From a virus (Duplodnaviria > Heunggongvirae > Uroviricota > Caudoviricetes): 64,000 bases of DNA. Shown here one piece after another: positions 21,152-30,357 of this stretch. The notes below the pieces were generated by a model. That model saw nothing but the letters and a program-made list of their open reading frames with translations. It made no database searches and had not been told where the DNA came from. Both the position numbers and the translations under genes were made by a program. Position 1 is the stretch's first letter, and every line of letters starts with the position of its first letter. The stretch is from the IMG/VR virus record IMGVR_UViG_3300028914_000001, positions 157,489-221,488 of that record; one strand, 5' to 3'.

Positions 21152-23752
21152 TTAAATTTCCCTGTCATAGGAAATCGTAATGTCCTCGGGATGTATCTCG
21201 CATTGGACGATTTCGTTATCCATCGAATAGTTCGTTATGTTGCCGTCCTTGTCGATAAGGCTCTTGGCAACCTTGTACAACAAGACATTGCGGACAAGCT
21301 TCACGTACTCCAATCCGTAACGGATGTAATCGTACATGAAGTTCCCGTTCTTTTCCACCATGGATGTTATAACGTCAGTATCGATGAACGCCAGCTTATT
21401 TTCCTTGGTTATAGTCCAACCTTTTATAGCATTGATGACATCATAATACCTGTTCGCCCTCTCGATATCACCAGTTCCACGAGTATCCTTGTACTTGGCA
21501 TAAATCGACTTAAACATGGACTGCATCAAAAGGTCCCATATGTAGGCAACAAACTTGTCTACATCATCCTCGTTGATTCCGTCTCTGACAACATACTTGC
21601 CATCAGCCGTCGTCGCAAGGTACTGCTTGTAGTATGCACTGATAAGATTTGCCATTTCGGTCTGTGCCGGAACCGGGAAGGTAAGGTTCTCCGTATATGA
21701 GTTATGCCCCGGAGCATGGTGACTATATCCTAGCGTTATGTCAAATCCTGCCTTGTTGATAGAGCCGGAAGTAATGAACTCGCTAGTTGCATCGCCAAGC
21801 CAAGTCAATTCAGTCAAATCCAACCCATCGTACTTATCATCGGCAGCCTCAAACGTGACGTTCACGCCAGCAACCTCAGGGAAAGTATGTATCAACGACG
21901 CAATCCTTGACCTGTAAATTCCCGTCTTGAAATCAGTGTTATCCTTGAGGTACTTGTAGACGGTGTATTTCAGCTTTTCCTTAATGTCGCTGAAATTGTT
22001 TCCACGATAAAGTATAAGTTCAAGCTTAATATTGTAGTTATGGACTACCGGGTACACATACATGTGGTATCCAGCACCAACCGTAATCATGCCACGACGG
22101 TTCAGTGCCCTCATGATACTATCGATTTCGCTTCCAACCTCGACAAAGTCATACGGGGTAACCTTCGCACCGAACACAGTATCCACATACGGGAGGGTGA
22201 TGATATCTTGGAATGACTGGCCACGAGGCATAGCCTGCATGATAATCTGCCGATGATAGGCAGGGTTGCCGCCATATTTAGAAGCAAGTGCCTCGGCCAC
22301 ATTCTGCACAGCAGTTTCCATGGCATCCCTGAACTTGTATGCGGATGTCTTGTCGGGCATCTTCTGGTTATCGTATTGCCAGATATACATCAAGCCATTG
22401 ACCTTGAATCCCGAAAGGAAATATTCGTCAGGAGCCGTCGGATAATACTTGTCGTCTTTCAGCCTGTAAAGGTCCTTGATGGCGGTGAACCTGACCTGAT
22501 TCATGTACTTGATATCAAGCGTTCCGTCAGGCAGCTTCGTGTTCAGAATATCCTCGCCGAAGGCAGTAGCATACTTGATGTCGGCATACCTGCTGAGGAA
22601 AATCTGGTAACTCAGCTTGTTCACAAGCCTGTCCAAAGTAGAATAGATTGACGGTGCATTATTCTTGATGGAATCAATACTTTCGATGTCAAGCCCACCC
22701 CTTACGTCGCTTGTCAAAGCAAAGCTAAGGTCATCCAGCTTGATATCAGACTCATTTTCATACTCGTTTCTGATGTGGATATTGGACTTGTACGGGGTAA
22801 TCTTCGTTCCAACGACGTTGATGAGGTTTCCCCTTTCACCGTTGGTGTAGAAATAGCGGACCTTCACTTCACCGTAAGGGATGGCGGATTTCAAACCGTC
22901 GCCAAACCTGACTTGAACGCTTCCATCGTTGGCTGTTTCAAGCAAGACCGTATAGTTGGTCGTGGAGTTCTCCCCTTCGACGAAAGCCTCGATGTCGTTC
23001 ACTCTGTTTTCCATCGCAGGGTCGATAAAACCTCTGCGTGAAATTCTCCAATAAATGTTTCCGTTGATTGCATCGGTGCTATCAAAGTTATCTACGAGGG
23101 ACGCATCGGTCGTTACACTGGTGAATGTATTCTTTCGGCTTTCAAACTTGTGGTCGTCAGCATAGTTAGGGTCATTCTCGCCAAAATAGTCACTAAATCC
23201 ACCGTCAGCAAGATAGAACGTCTGGTTCTGACTGCCGTTGGACACAAAGACAGTTTCCTTAAAGTACCCCTCAGCACAAACACAGGTTCCAGACACTTGT
23301 TTCAGCAAACCCGTTTCATCCGGGTCGTTATTACGGTCATACTCCCATTCGGAATCGCTGACGGCAGTCAGGATGCTGCTTCCGATACTGAACTGAGTTC
23401 CCATCGGGATGAATATCTTAATCTTTCCGTAAATACCAGTCTTCTTTGTCTGTATGGCAAACGCAGCTTTCGCCGGGACAGGTCTACGGATACTATAACC
23501 AAGCATTCTTGCACCAGCATAAATTGCTGGCATATTGTAGGCAGTTTCCAGAAAGGCGTTATTGAACGAGCTTTCACCGTAGTAGGCCATAAGGTCTGCC
23601 ACGCCAGAGAAAAGTTCAATCATCATTCTTCCGTATGAAGAGGTGCTGAAATCAGCAAGCTTGCCACCCTTAGCCTTAAAGATAGTCAACAGGTTATCCC
23701 TGATGTCATCATACGATATGTTGGTGTATTTTCGAGATATATTCGTTGCCAT
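21152..23752 (-). CDS. gp6: Baseplate wedge subunit, T4 gp6-like
   Basis: YTNISYDDIRDNL..DF..SS.GRMMIEL..YY..FLETA; VRFGDG; GGLDIESIDSIKNNAP...RLV. Confidence 0.85.
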   Translation of the reverse strand: MATNISRKYTNISYDDIRDNLLTIFKAKGGKLADFSTSSYGRMMIELFSGVADLMAYYGESSFNNAFLETAYNMPAIYAGARMLGYSIRRPVPAKAAFAIQTKKTGIYGKIKIFIPMGTQFSIGSSILTAVSDSEWEYDRNNDPDETGLLKQVSGTCVCAEGYFKETVFVSNGSQNQTFYLADGGFSDYFGENDPNYADDHKFESRKNTFTSVTTDASLVDNFDSTDAINGNIYWRISRRGFIDPAMENRVNDIEAFVEGENSTTNYTVLLETANDGSVQVRFGDGLKSAIPYGEVKVRYFYTNGERGNLINVVGTKITPYKSNIHIRNEYENESDIKLDDLSFALTSDVRGGLDIESIDSIKNNAPSIYSTLDRLVNKLSYQIFLSRYADIKYATAFGEDILNTKLPDGTLDIKYMNQVRFTAIKDLYRLKDDKYYPTAPDEYFLSGFKVNGLMYIWQYDNQKMPDKTSAYKFRDAMETAVQNVAEALASKYGGNPAYHRQIIMQAMPRGQSFQDIITLPYVDTVFGAKVTPYDFVEVGSEIDSIMRALNRRGMITVGAGYHMYVYPVVHNYNIKLELILYRGNNFSDIKEKLKYTVYKYLKDNTDFKTGIYRSRIASLIHTFPEVAGVNVTFEAADDKYDGLDLTELTWLGDATSEFITSGSINKAGFDITLGYSHHAPGHNSYTENLTFPVPAQTEMANLISAYYKQYLATTADGKYVVRDGINEDDVDKFVAYIWDLLMQSMFKSIYAKYKDTRGTGDIERANRYYDVINAIKGWTITKENKLAFIDTDVITSMVEKNGNFMYDYIRYGLEYVKLVRNVLLYKVAKSLIDKDGNITNYSMDNEIVQCEIHPEDITISYDREI

Positions 23753-23776
23753 AATAAACTGCCTTTATTTCACAAA

Positions 23777-23786
23777 ATAGTTTATA
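23777..23786 (-). promoter_or_regulatory. Late promoter box TATAAACTAT (baseplate operon)
   Basis: Exact motif 24 nt upstream of the gp6 ATG. Confidence 0.75.
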
Positions 23787-23810
23787 ATCTGGTACGACTT
23801 TCAGACCATG

Positions 23811-23854
23811 AAAAAAGGCGGCGTAAATATATACACCACCTTTTAGAATTTATT
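23811..23854 (-). terminator. Intrinsic terminator
   Basis: aaaaaaggcggcgta...tacaccacctttt imperfect hairpin that pairs with G-U on the minus strand. Confidence 0.55.
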
Positions 23855-23864
23855 TCAGTTATTA

Positions 23865-25340
23865 TTATGCGAGCTGCTGTTTGTAGCCATCAATGATAGC
23901 TTTTGCCGCATTAGCAGTGGATTCTGCCTTATGAAAGTCTTGAATGATAGATTCGCATTGAGCTTTCATCTTTGCAAGGCGAATATCGTTATCAAGAACT
24001 GCTTTCTTTTGCGGAGCAACAGATTCAGCCACCATCTTCTGCGTATTGTACTTTCTGACAATGGATTCAAGCTGAGCTTTCAGACGAACGTTGCCAGTTG
24101 CCTGACGGTACGCACTGACGATAGATTCACATTGAGCCTTGAGCCTCTTCTGCTCTATCGATTCAGCAAGTATCTTCTGGTTAGCTGCTTTTACAATCGC
24201 TTCACACTTTGCCTGAGCAACATGCTTCTTGCGAATATGCTCGTAGTTGTTAATCACAGATTCCAGGCATGCACGAAAGTTCTTGCGGTGTACGGATTCG
24301 GTCAACGGCTTTTTATCCGTTTCCTCTTCGTCACCTTCACCTTTGTCTTCGCCGCCTTCACCACCTTCATCAACAACACCCGGAAGTTCTTCTTCGCTAG
24401 CGCTTGGAGCTTCGGATTCATCGCCCTCTGAGGCAGGTTCCTCCGAGGCAGGAGCAGATTCCTCTGATGCACCTTCGCCACCTTCGCCCTCGTCACCAAG
24501 GTCTAGGTCGCTGAACGGGTCATAGTTGTCTTCAGTAGACGGTTCCTCAGAACTTTCAGGAGCGGCACCTTCACCACCTTCGGCTGGAAGTCCAAGGTCA
24601 GGCTCTGCACCCGGTTCTGCACCCGGTTCTGCCGGAGCTTCCGTACCAGCATCAAGACCATCGAGTCCAAGGTCAGGTTCACCACCCATATCGCCAAGAC
24701 CAGCATCGGCACCAGCATCTTCCTCAGGAGTAAGATGGGTCGTAGTGTCAAGTTCGGCCAAACCACTGTCGCCAAGGTCAGGTTCGCCTTCCATGCCCGG
24801 TTCCATGCCAGCGCCATCAATACCCTCGGTTCCTCCGCTCGGGATACGGTCATCGCCCGTCATGTCAGCAGCAACACCATCCGGCTGAGCTGGGTTGACA
24901 TTCTGCTTGCTGAGACGGTCAGCAGCATCCTTAATCTGCTGCTTGATGTAACCAGCGACATCCTGTCTGGTGTCATTCAACATCTGAATCGTTGCACCAG
25001 CCACGTCGATATCGTCATCAGTAATTTCCTGCTTATGAACATTCTCGATGTAGTCCTGGAACTGACTCATGTATTGGTCGCCTTCTTCCACGGAAATCGG
25101 GTCAACAGTAGAATTGAACATCGCACCAGACTGCACAGGAGCATCGACATTAACATCCATGATGGAACGAGGGTCTACAACCTCATCACCTTCTGGGGTA
25201 GTAATCATGTCAATACCAGAGTCGTCCGGCCCATACTTGATTGGACCTTCATCCATAATTGACTCGAAAAGAGCGGGCGAAGCATCAAAGGCCATGTTTG
25301 CTTCGAGCACCGTCGGTTTCTGTTCTTTTTCGTTAGACAT
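23865..25340 (-). CDS. Probable prohead core/scaffolding protein (very acidic, C-terminal helical repeats)
   Basis: Start revised to ATG 25340 (GAGG upstream, late box 25372). E/G/P/A-rich disordered middle; many LxE|S-type sites; about 5 KAQCESI-like repeats. Confidence 0.55.
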   Translation of the reverse strand: MSNEKEQKPTVLEANMAFDASPALFESIMDEGPIKYGPDDSGIDMITTPEGDEVVDPRSIMDVNVDAPVQSGAMFNSTVDPISVEEGDQYMSQFQDYIENVHKQEITDDDIDVAGATIQMLNDTRQDVAGYIKQQIKDAADRLSKQNVNPAQPDGVAADMTGDDRIPSGGTEGIDGAGMEPGMEGEPDLGDSGLAELDTTTHLTPEEDAGADAGLGDMGGEPDLGLDGLDAGTEAPAEPGAEPGAEPDLGLPAEGGEGAAPESSEEPSTEDNYDPFSDLDLGDEGEGGEGASEESAPASEEPASEGDESEAPSASEEELPGVVDEGGEGGEDKGEGDEEETDKKPLTESVHRKNFRACLESVINNYEHIRKKHVAQAKCEAIVKAANQKILAESIEQKRLKAQCESIVSAYRQATGNVRLKAQLESIVRKYNTQKMVAESVAPQKKAVLDNDIRLAKMKAQCESIIQDFHKAESTANAAKAIIDGYKQQLA

Positions 25341-25371
25341 TTTCTTCCTCGTAAAACGATTCATTATACAC

Positions 25372-25381
25372 ATAGTTTATA
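25372..25381 (-). promoter_or_regulatory. Late promoter box TATAAACTAT
   Basis: Exact motif about 31 nt upstream of ATG 25340. Confidence 0.75.
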
Positions 25382-25403
25382 GGATTTAATCAACTGTTAA
25401 AAA

Positions 25404-26795
25404 TTAGTTTTCGTCATATTCTATCTTAATATCGGGTACGCAGTACCCCGGCTTAGTCTTTCCGTCGATTTCGAGCTGCAAGTAGACATAATCCGTCTCC
25501 CCAGCAAGCATCGGATTGTAGATAGACCCCATCGGACGGCATATATTGTAGTTTCCTACCATGCAAATCGGATGAACAAACACCGAATTTCCGACATTCA
25601 ACTCGCAAACCGCCTCGTACGCATTGATACAGGCACCGTGTTTCAACGTAATTTCCGGGTCAACGAAGATTTCCTCTTGGTCAGTTCCGCCATTTAGCAC
25701 TGTTACACCATCAACCGCTATGTTATTCACATCAGCTGCATTCGGGATTCGGCAATCCTTGATGAACCTCATTGGGAAACGGGAGCCATCATGGTTGATA
25801 AAATGGTAGATTACACCCGGTGCAAGAGTCAGCATAGGCTTTCTTGCCCCATTCAGATAATATTCAGGATGGCCATGCGGGCCACACTTCACCTGTACGT
25901 CAACCGTCTCAATCAGCTTGTCGGTAACCTTTCCACCGGGTTCAGCCTGTGAAGGCAGCAATGCCCATGAGATAAAGTAGCCTGTCGTTGGCGGAAAATT
26001 AGGAATATGGTAGACGATTCCATTCGGGTGAGCCAGCATAAACTTCACATCAACCGAAATCGTCACATACTGCACGTTATTCTCGGCAACGCCACGGTCA
26101 ACGACAAATTCAGGGTCGTTCGTAAGGTCTATACCAGTACTCGGGTCTACAAACCTGATAAAGTCGGCTTCGGTAGGCATAAAGGTATGATTGAAGAACT
26201 TAACCCTGACCGGGTTACCATCCTGCTTGTTCGGAATAGGTATCATCGGTTGGCGCACGCCATTCATGACCATCACGTTTCCGAAACCGTAGTCCTTCCA
26301 CTCGACATTATACGAAGTGGTCGTCAGGCGATAGTCGAGCATCTGACCGCTATTTCCCGCCACAGTCAAATAGAACGGGTGCTCCTTGCTGTAATTCCAG
26401 ATGTCGTTCACGGCAATTACAGACTTCGTGTTAGTCGGCTGATGATAATCCACGGAGTTTCCTATATACAACCTAGCGGTATCTGGCTCCGCTGGTCGAG
26501 GTCCGACTGGATACAAACGCACGTTACTCAACTGAACGTCAGGCGGGTCTTTCAAAACGAGCTTAAAGACACACTCGAAGGAATACGCCTTGCATTCAGG
26601 GTCATCCGGCCTGTAAATACAGTACGTCGCACTGTCGCTTGCATCATCCGACGGTTTAGTATCGCCATTCAAATGTTCATCGGAGTACACCGAGGGAACA
26701 CATGAATCGATGCGTTTTAGGCCAAGGCTCTCAACATGTGTTCCGAAATCTCCATCCTTGCCTGTATATTTGTATAGTTCCAACCTAGCGGACAT
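25404..26795 (-). CDS. Beta-rich hypothetical, probably structural
   Basis: Start revised to ATG 26795 (GGAGG upstream); two related NG.RQP/NG.RKP beta modules; in a late operon. Confidence 0.55.
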   Translation of the reverse strand: MSARLELYKYTGKDGDFGTHVESLGLKRIDSCVPSVYSDEHLNGDTKPSDDASDSATYCIYRPDDPECKAYSFECVFKLVLKDPPDVQLSNVRLYPVGPRPAEPDTARLYIGNSVDYHQPTNTKSVIAVNDIWNYSKEHPFYLTVAGNSGQMLDYRLTTTSYNVEWKDYGFGNVMVMNGVRQPMIPIPNKQDGNPVRVKFFNHTFMPTEADFIRFVDPSTGIDLTNDPEFVVDRGVAENNVQYVTISVDVKFMLAHPNGIVYHIPNFPPTTGYFISWALLPSQAEPGGKVTDKLIETVDVQVKCGPHGHPEYYLNGARKPMLTLAPGVIYHFINHDGSRFPMRFIKDCRIPNAADVNNIAVDGVTVLNGGTDQEEIFVDPEITLKHGACINAYEAVCELNVGNSVFVHPICMVGNYNICRPMGSIYNPMLAGETDYVYLQLEIDGKTKPGYCVPDIKIEYDEN

Positions 26796-26797
26796 TG

Positions 26798-29011
26798 TTA
26801 TCCTCCCATAAAGTACACATCGAGTGCATCGTTGATTGCATTGGAATATCCGTCCGAGCACCCCAACATTTTTGCGTGATTCTTATTAAATGCGCTATTA
26901 TATTCTTTCGCTATCTCATTCACCACACCCAAATAAGGAAGGAGCGCCTTCATGCTCATCCGCTTCGGATAATTTATCCTTGCCAATACAGCATTTGTAT
27001 TCTTGAATAGCAACCCATTGACATACACATAGAACGACCTCATCGCTCTATTTATTCGGTCAGCCTGCACATTTCCACCGTCTTCCACCGTACCTAGATT
27101 ACCCGAAAAATGGAACCCGCCCTTAGAGGTAATGACCCCAGCTTGCTTAGCGAGATTCATTCTAAACATGAAATCATCTTCTGCGTGGGCGGCATTGATA
27201 AACTCCTTCTTCGCCGCATCTCCAAATGCTGCCGGAGCCCTACTGGCAAGCACCTTTAAAAGTGACCATAGCCTGTATTCAGTAACCTTATCGTTAATTT
27301 CAGCGCTGCCTGCATACGCAATTCCATTAGATACTGCATTGAACGCATAAACATACTGAGCAGGTGTTATCTCCCTCGATATTACCGGGTTCTCGCAATC
27401 CTCATCAACACGAGCACTGTTGTTCATATTACGGTTGAAACTTTCGACAAAGTCATCCAATATGGACACAACAGGCTTGTTTTCATTTCTATACTTACTC
27501 ATCGTCCGAGAAGCATAATCGGACAAGCTGTCCTTTGCATATCGATGCATCATGACATACAGGTTCGGCTTTTTCGCAATAATTCGCTCAATCGGGAAAT
27601 GCGGGATGTTCGTCAAGAACATTATCTTGTAGTTGAATATGTAGTCCCGGTCAATTCCATCGTCCTTGTATTCAGCACAATTCTTGTCAATAGAAGCATA
27701 AAACTTCTTACATGAAGGAATATCATACTCTCCTATCTTCGCATCGGAAGGAGAAAACGTCATGATACAGCCGTTGAAGGTGTCATGAACAGACTTTATC
27801 AAAATGTACGCAGCAATAAGCTTATTACGAAGATTTGCCACAGGTTCATTATTTGTATCCTTACGTGTAGATACTTTGCCGATAACCTTGTCTATCTCCG
27901 AGCTATTCAGGAAGTCGATATACACTTTCAACTTCGTTATACGGGTATCAAACGCATCATCAAACTTCACTGGTTCCCTTGCCACATCCTTATTGGTAGG
28001 TCCAAGCTTAAATAGTTCAATAATTACTTTATTACATAGATTACGGATTTCATCTTCCGTTATATCAGGAGAAATGAGATTGATATTGCCATCAGGACCT
28101 TTTTCTACCTTTCCTGACTGAATCAAATCAAACAGCAAGTTCATGTACGGGTCAGTCGCTGTCGCCAACGATGCATCACTATGCTCCGTGGTATTCTCTG
28201 CAATAAAGCTATACTTGTCTTCGGCAGCACAAGCGACACGATAGCACGCAGCGAAAGCATGGCCAAATGTGTCCCCTTCTTCTATTTGTTCGGTCGGGTC
28301 TCGACCAAGACTGTCGCCATAAGTATAGCCAGACATCGCAAGTTTACCTGCCCAAAGACAGTCATCCATATCACGAACGTTTCGAGCATTCTTGACGATA
28401 TTAGACAAGGCTCCCATCAACTTTTCAACTTCCGTCGGCTGGCTTTGCATCTTATCAGGGTCGATTACATCAACCCGCTCGCCATCATCCGTAGTTTCTA
28501 CAATGATTCCTTTCTTTACGAAATACCCACGGATTTCATCACGAGTGTAGGACTCATATAGAGAGTCCGGGTTTTTCCTATACGCAGCAGATGCTTGTTT
28601 TTTCTCGTATACCTTCTCCAATAATCCTGCCGCTTCACTGTCGGTAGCAGACATATTCTGCACGTTATGAAATGCCCTTCTAACAGACTCGTCGTAGGCC
28701 TGCCTGCCTTCCAAGTACATACGAAGCGTATTCTTGTCTTCTGACAAGGTCGACACGTCCGTATGTTCAATACGAACATTATACAGGTCAATTTCGATTG
28801 CCCTGAACAACTCCTCTATTTTTGTATGACAGATGGTCGAGTTTTCCATTGCAATACCATCCAAGCGAGAACCGCTGAAATACGCAATGAAATTACGAAT
28901 AAAATCGTCATCGAGCGAATCGACGAGTAATGTATCCGAATCTGGTATAGTCATCAACGTCTTTTGATAGACATTGTCAACTACATCTTGTAGGACCTCA
29001 TCATTCTCCAT
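26798..29011 (-). CDS. Hypothetical 737-aa late protein
   Basis: Long ORF co-oriented downstream of late box 29575; no motif recognised. Confidence 0.6.
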   Translation of the reverse strand: MENDEVLQDVVDNVYQKTLMTIPDSDTLLVDSLDDDFIRNFIAYFSGSRLDGIAMENSTICHTKIEELFRAIEIDLYNVRIEHTDVSTLSEDKNTLRMYLEGRQAYDESVRRAFHNVQNMSATDSEAAGLLEKVYEKKQASAAYRKNPDSLYESYTRDEIRGYFVKKGIIVETTDDGERVDVIDPDKMQSQPTEVEKLMGALSNIVKNARNVRDMDDCLWAGKLAMSGYTYGDSLGRDPTEQIEEGDTFGHAFAACYRVACAAEDKYSFIAENTTEHSDASLATATDPYMNLLFDLIQSGKVEKGPDGNINLISPDITEDEIRNLCNKVIIELFKLGPTNKDVAREPVKFDDAFDTRITKLKVYIDFLNSSEIDKVIGKVSTRKDTNNEPVANLRNKLIAAYILIKSVHDTFNGCIMTFSPSDAKIGEYDIPSCKKFYASIDKNCAEYKDDGIDRDYIFNYKIMFLTNIPHFPIERIIAKKPNLYVMMHRYAKDSLSDYASRTMSKYRNENKPVVSILDDFVESFNRNMNNSARVDEDCENPVISREITPAQYVYAFNAVSNGIAYAGSAEINDKVTEYRLWSLLKVLASRAPAAFGDAAKKEFINAAHAEDDFMFRMNLAKQAGVITSKGGFHFSGNLGTVEDGGNVQADRINRAMRSFYVYVNGLLFKNTNAVLARINYPKRMSMKALLPYLGVVNEIAKEYNSAFNKNHAKMLGCSDGYSNAINDALDVYFMGG

Positions 29012-29022
29012 AACATTACCGC

Positions 29023-29550
29023 TTAGTTGTCGTCACTTCCGTCATCAGAACCTTCGTCATCATCTGATTCATCGGTTTCCGAAGCATCTTCCTTTTCTGA
29101 TTTATCTTCCTTTTCTGATTTATCTTCCTCTGACGGTTCATCATCTTGCTTTGCAGGAATGTCTTCCTTTTCGTCGTACGGGACACCTGTCACGGCCTCA
29201 TAAGCGACCTTTGCATTCTCGATGATTCCACGAAGTGCATAAACAAGCTTATCCTGGTCGCTAATCAGCAAGTCTTCATCTTCGTTCGTTGGCCCTTCCG
29301 CAGCTTCCATTGCACCAGAGGCGTCAGCCGCTACCGTGCCATCTCCACACGGGCCACCGGGGACGCTTGACATCTCGCCCCAGCCAAAACCCATAGGGAA
29401 TGCGGGTCCATATGCCCTTCCGGGAGCGTATGCACCGATAAATTTACGGGAACCAAACCCAATCGTTGGCTGGAACCTAGGCGTTCCACCTTTCTTGCCC
29501 TTGGCTTTTTTGCGTTTCCAGTGAGCTTCTGTAAGAATTTTTGCATCCAT
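29023..29550 (-). CDS. Small protein with basic N-part and acidic tail; putative head-internal protein
   Basis: MDAKILTE|A, then a K-rich segment; EDKSEK repeats; late box upstream. Confidence 0.55.
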   Translation of the reverse strand: MDAKILTEAHWKRKKAKGKKGGTPRFQPTIGFGSRKFIGAYAPGRAYGPAFPMGFGWGEMSSVPGGPCGDGTVAADASGAMEAAEGPTNEDEDLLISDQDKLVYALRGIIENAKVAYEAVTGVPYDEKEDIPAKQDDEPSEEDKSEKEDKSEKEDASETDESDDDEGSDDGSDDN

Positions 29551-29574
29551 AAGTCAATCCAGCATTATTCTAAC

Positions 29575-29622
29575 ATAGTTTATAATGTAGTGGCATGAAT
29601 TCCCGCAAGCAATATAAACTAT
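29575..29622. promoter_or_regulatory. Divergent pair of late boxes (29575-29584 minus, 29613-29622 plus)
   Basis: atagtttata and tataaactat separated by 28 nt. Confidence 0.8.
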
Positions 29623-29643
29623 TGAGTGAAAAAGAGGCACAAA

Positions 29644-30357
29644 ATGAACCCATACAGCGTATTAAACGTAGAACCAGAATGCACCGACGAACAGGTGAAA
29701 GCGGCGTACCGCAAGTTGGCGATACAGTTTCACCCCGACCACTCGAAAACCGACACTTCCGACAAGATGGCGGAAATCACCGAGGCATACAATCTTATAA
29801 AAACCGAAGAACTCCGCAAGAAATACGACAAAGAACACCAGAACAACGCAGATTTCACCCTATGGTCAAAGCTCTTCGGTGAATGCAACATCTGCAAGAA
29901 CTTCCATAAGAAGCCCGTAGACAAAAAATACCAGAAAAGAGGAAGGAATGTAACCAGAACTATCAGACTCGGCGACGAAAAGCTGTTCTGTCCCGGCGAG
30001 ATTACCGTAAAGTATGTTCGAAAGTGCCTTTGCTATAACTGCTCTGGAACGGGCGCTAGCAGGTTCAGAAAATGCACCCACTGCAACGGTATCGGAAAAG
30101 TCCGCACGGTCGAACGCAGGGAAGACGGATTGCACGATGTAGTCCTTGCCTGCAAATACTGCAACGGACGTGGTTTGGAACCACAGGAAAAATGCACTGC
30201 ATGCAATGGCACAGGGTTTATCGAAAAGAACGTCACGCTTACATTCATGCATGACGGCAAACAGATGGACTATACTTTCGTTGGAAAGGGTCACAGCGGA
30301 AAGAACAATGGCGAGAACGGAAGCGTAATCGTCCACCTCAGAGGAAAGAAGAAATGA
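29644..30357 (+). CDS. dnaJ: DnaJ-family co-chaperone (J domain plus Cys-rich Zn finger)
   Basis: NPYSVL..AYRKLAIQFHPD; four CxxCxGxG repeats; GAGG before ATG 29644 (GTG 29626 is an alternative). Confidence 0.9.
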   Translation: MNPYSVLNVEPECTDEQVKAAYRKLAIQFHPDHSKTDTSDKMAEITEAYNLIKTEELRKKYDKEHQNNADFTLWSKLFGECNICKNFHKKPVDKKYQKRGRNVTRTIRLGDEKLFCPGEITVKYVRKCLCYNCSGTGASRFRKCTHCNGIGKVRTVERREDGLHDVVLACKYCNGRGLEPQEKCTACNGTGFIEKNVTLTFMHDGKQMDYTFVGKGHSGKNNGENGSVIVHLRGKKK

